A stretch of DNA of 63,321 nucleotides, the filler included, from Octopus bimaculoides (Eukaryota), in the NCBI RefSeq assembly GCF_001194135.2. It is 5 parts of 5 records of this genome, joined end to end, with 100 filler letters (N's around TTAATTAATTAA, not from the genome) between each part and the next. Parts side by side here need not be neighbours in the genome. Positions count along the whole stretch, not along the records: positions 57,571 to 63,321 come from NC_068984.1; 4 more parts are not named here. One strand, 5' to 3'. The notes below the pieces were generated by a model. It made no database searches. It was not told where the DNA came from and worked only from the letters and a program-made list of their open reading frames with translations. The position numbers were made by a program, and so were the translations under genes. Positions 61,498-63,321 of this stretch are shown here, piece by piece; positions within the stretch are counted from its first letter, which is position 1; each line of letters opens with the position of its first letter.

Positions 61498-61623
61498 ACA
61501 AAGATATTATTGACAGCCACTCTGAAATTTCAGTCGATAATGGTTTCACTGGTCGAAACTTCGAAGTCATTGTTAATAACATTCTTGCAAACATACATGC
61601 AGGCTACGTTAAGCATGAATCAT
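61498..61623 (+). CDS. Candidate internal exon (phase 1 to 1): KDIIDSHSEISVDNGFTGRNFEVIVNNILANIHAGYVKHES
   Basis: TTATTAG acceptor, perfect GTAAGT donor, 126 nt, open frame in non-repetitive DNA; product unrecognised. Confidence 0.45.
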
Positions 61624-61985
61624 GTAAGTCCGAAATTGTAGCCCACTTTCATTATAAATCAACAAGAAGATAACTGTGTTGAGAGAACATCTCAAGCACC
61701 GATGTCAGAATATTGATAGAAAAATCACTTATATACGTATATATCTATGTATACACGCACACATTCAAGGGGATAGTATTATTTCACGTGACCAACACGA
61801 AATAAAAGATTTACAGCGTAAGGATGTCAAAAATAAGTAAATACATGTTTATCAATTTTAATGATTCGTATCAAAGAGAAGCATGTCTCGATCTCTTTAT
61901 TTCACCGATCAATAGAATCAGTAGACTGAAACAGATGGCTGTTTGTTGTGAATCATTAAAATCTATTGACCCCCCCACACACATG

Positions 61986-61988
<3 letters not shown>

Positions 61989-62067
<79 letters not shown>
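61989..62067. repeat. (TA)n microsatellite
   Basis: Direct inspection. Confidence 0.95.
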
Positions 62068-62074
<7 letters not shown>

Positions 62075-62814
62075 GTATGTATATATGCATACGTGTGTGT
62101 GAGTGTGTGTATGTGTACGTGCGTATACACACATACATACATATATATATATGTATATATATAAATATATATACACATATAAAACTTGCATACATACACA
62201 CACATATATATATATATATATAGATAGATAGATAGATACGGATGTATGTATTTATATATGTATGCATGTACATGAGAAAATTACTTGTAATTTAGAGGTT
62301 CGTTCATTTTTTTATCTATGAAAAAGAACGTATCCAAGAATCTTTTAACACTAATGCTGTATGGATTCCATGTTGATATGCATTCCTGTTTTTACTGGAC
62401 CACATTTTGCCGGCATGAAATAACATTACAGCAATTGCATAAGATAAATATTTTCAATGGGTTAAAAGATTTCAGTATTTCAAATTATTGATTTAGCATG
62501 GAATGAAATCCAACCCAAGAATCTTGTCTCTTGAAAACTGACTCTTGTAATCTTTTAAAACTTCTAAAAAGGAATAACGTCACGAGAGCATACTAAAGAA
62601 AAGAAACGTGTACGACTACTTTGGCGCCAATATTATTTAAACTAACACAAAAATATTTTTATAGCGATTTGTGGTTTGTTGTAGCTCTGTTCTTTATCAA
62701 CGATTGGAGTTTATCGTTATTGAAAATTAGGAAAATAAAATTGGTAAAAATAAACATGAGTGCAAAATAAATGGAAAAGAAAGGAAAGAATTTATCCGAC
62801 AATTCCATATCTTT

Positions 62815-63311
62815 TATCTTTTTATCTTTTACATGTTTCAGTCACGAGACTGCGGCCATGCTGGGGCACCGCCTTCAAGAACTTTTAGTCGAATGAATCG
62901 ACCCCACTTCATTTGTTTTTTAAAGACCAGTACTTATTACCTCGGGAATTTTTTGCCGAACCGCTACGTTACGGGGCATGCTAACACCGGTGTGAAGTGG
63001 TGTGGGGAACACGCACACACACACACACACACATGCACATGTTTTTATATATAACCGTATATGGCCACAGTCATTGGACTGAAACATAAAAAAATAAAAG
63101 AATAAAAGAATACACACACACACACATATATGTATATATACAAACACACAAACGACAGGTTTCTTTCAGGTTCCGTTTACTAAATTCACTCACAAGACGT
63201 TGGTCAGACCGAGGTTATGGCAGGTCATTTTCCCAGGGTGCCAGGAAGAGGGACTGAACCCGGATCATGTTTTTGGTAAGTAAGTTTCCTACCACACAGT
63301 CACGCCAGCGC
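62815..63311 (-). mobile_element. Family B composite SINE with duplicated tail
   Basis: Reverse match to 53057-53451; second tail fragment near 63050-63100. Confidence 0.7.
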
Positions 63312-63321
63312 TTATATATAT

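Overview
AT-rich, repeat-saturated eukaryotic genomic DNA. The repeat families (tRNA-headed SINEs with CORE- and Meta-like domains, RTE, Tx1/L1, R4/Dong and Penelope-like elements, long microsatellites) point to an octopod cephalopod; this is an inference from repeat content. The window has many N gaps and four identical 100-bp artificial linkers (N44-TTAATTAATTAA-N44), so it is five pieces whose adjacency is not established (1-4746, 4847-34832, 34933-43933, 44034-57470, 57571-63321). No host protein-coding gene could be identified with confidence. Two low-confidence exon chains are proposed: minus strand 6.4-34.7 kb and plus strand 58.3-61.6 kb. Almost all ORF-track entries are microsatellite or gap read-through. 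The best-supported coding sequence is a decayed Tx1/L1-like retrotransposon (about 45.2-48.8 kb) whose ORF1 holds two diverged tandem modules. The most interesting signals are: (i) several unrelated minimal type I hammerhead-ribozyme-like folds with non-canonical cores, in small Penelope-type repeats; (ii) three sequence-unrelated foldback palindromes that share a 33-34 nt unpaired centre; (iii) a TIR element with head-to-head TTAGGG/CCCTAA tracts; (iv) two retro-insertions with inverted copies of their target DNA. All alignments and folds were done by eye; no database was searched.
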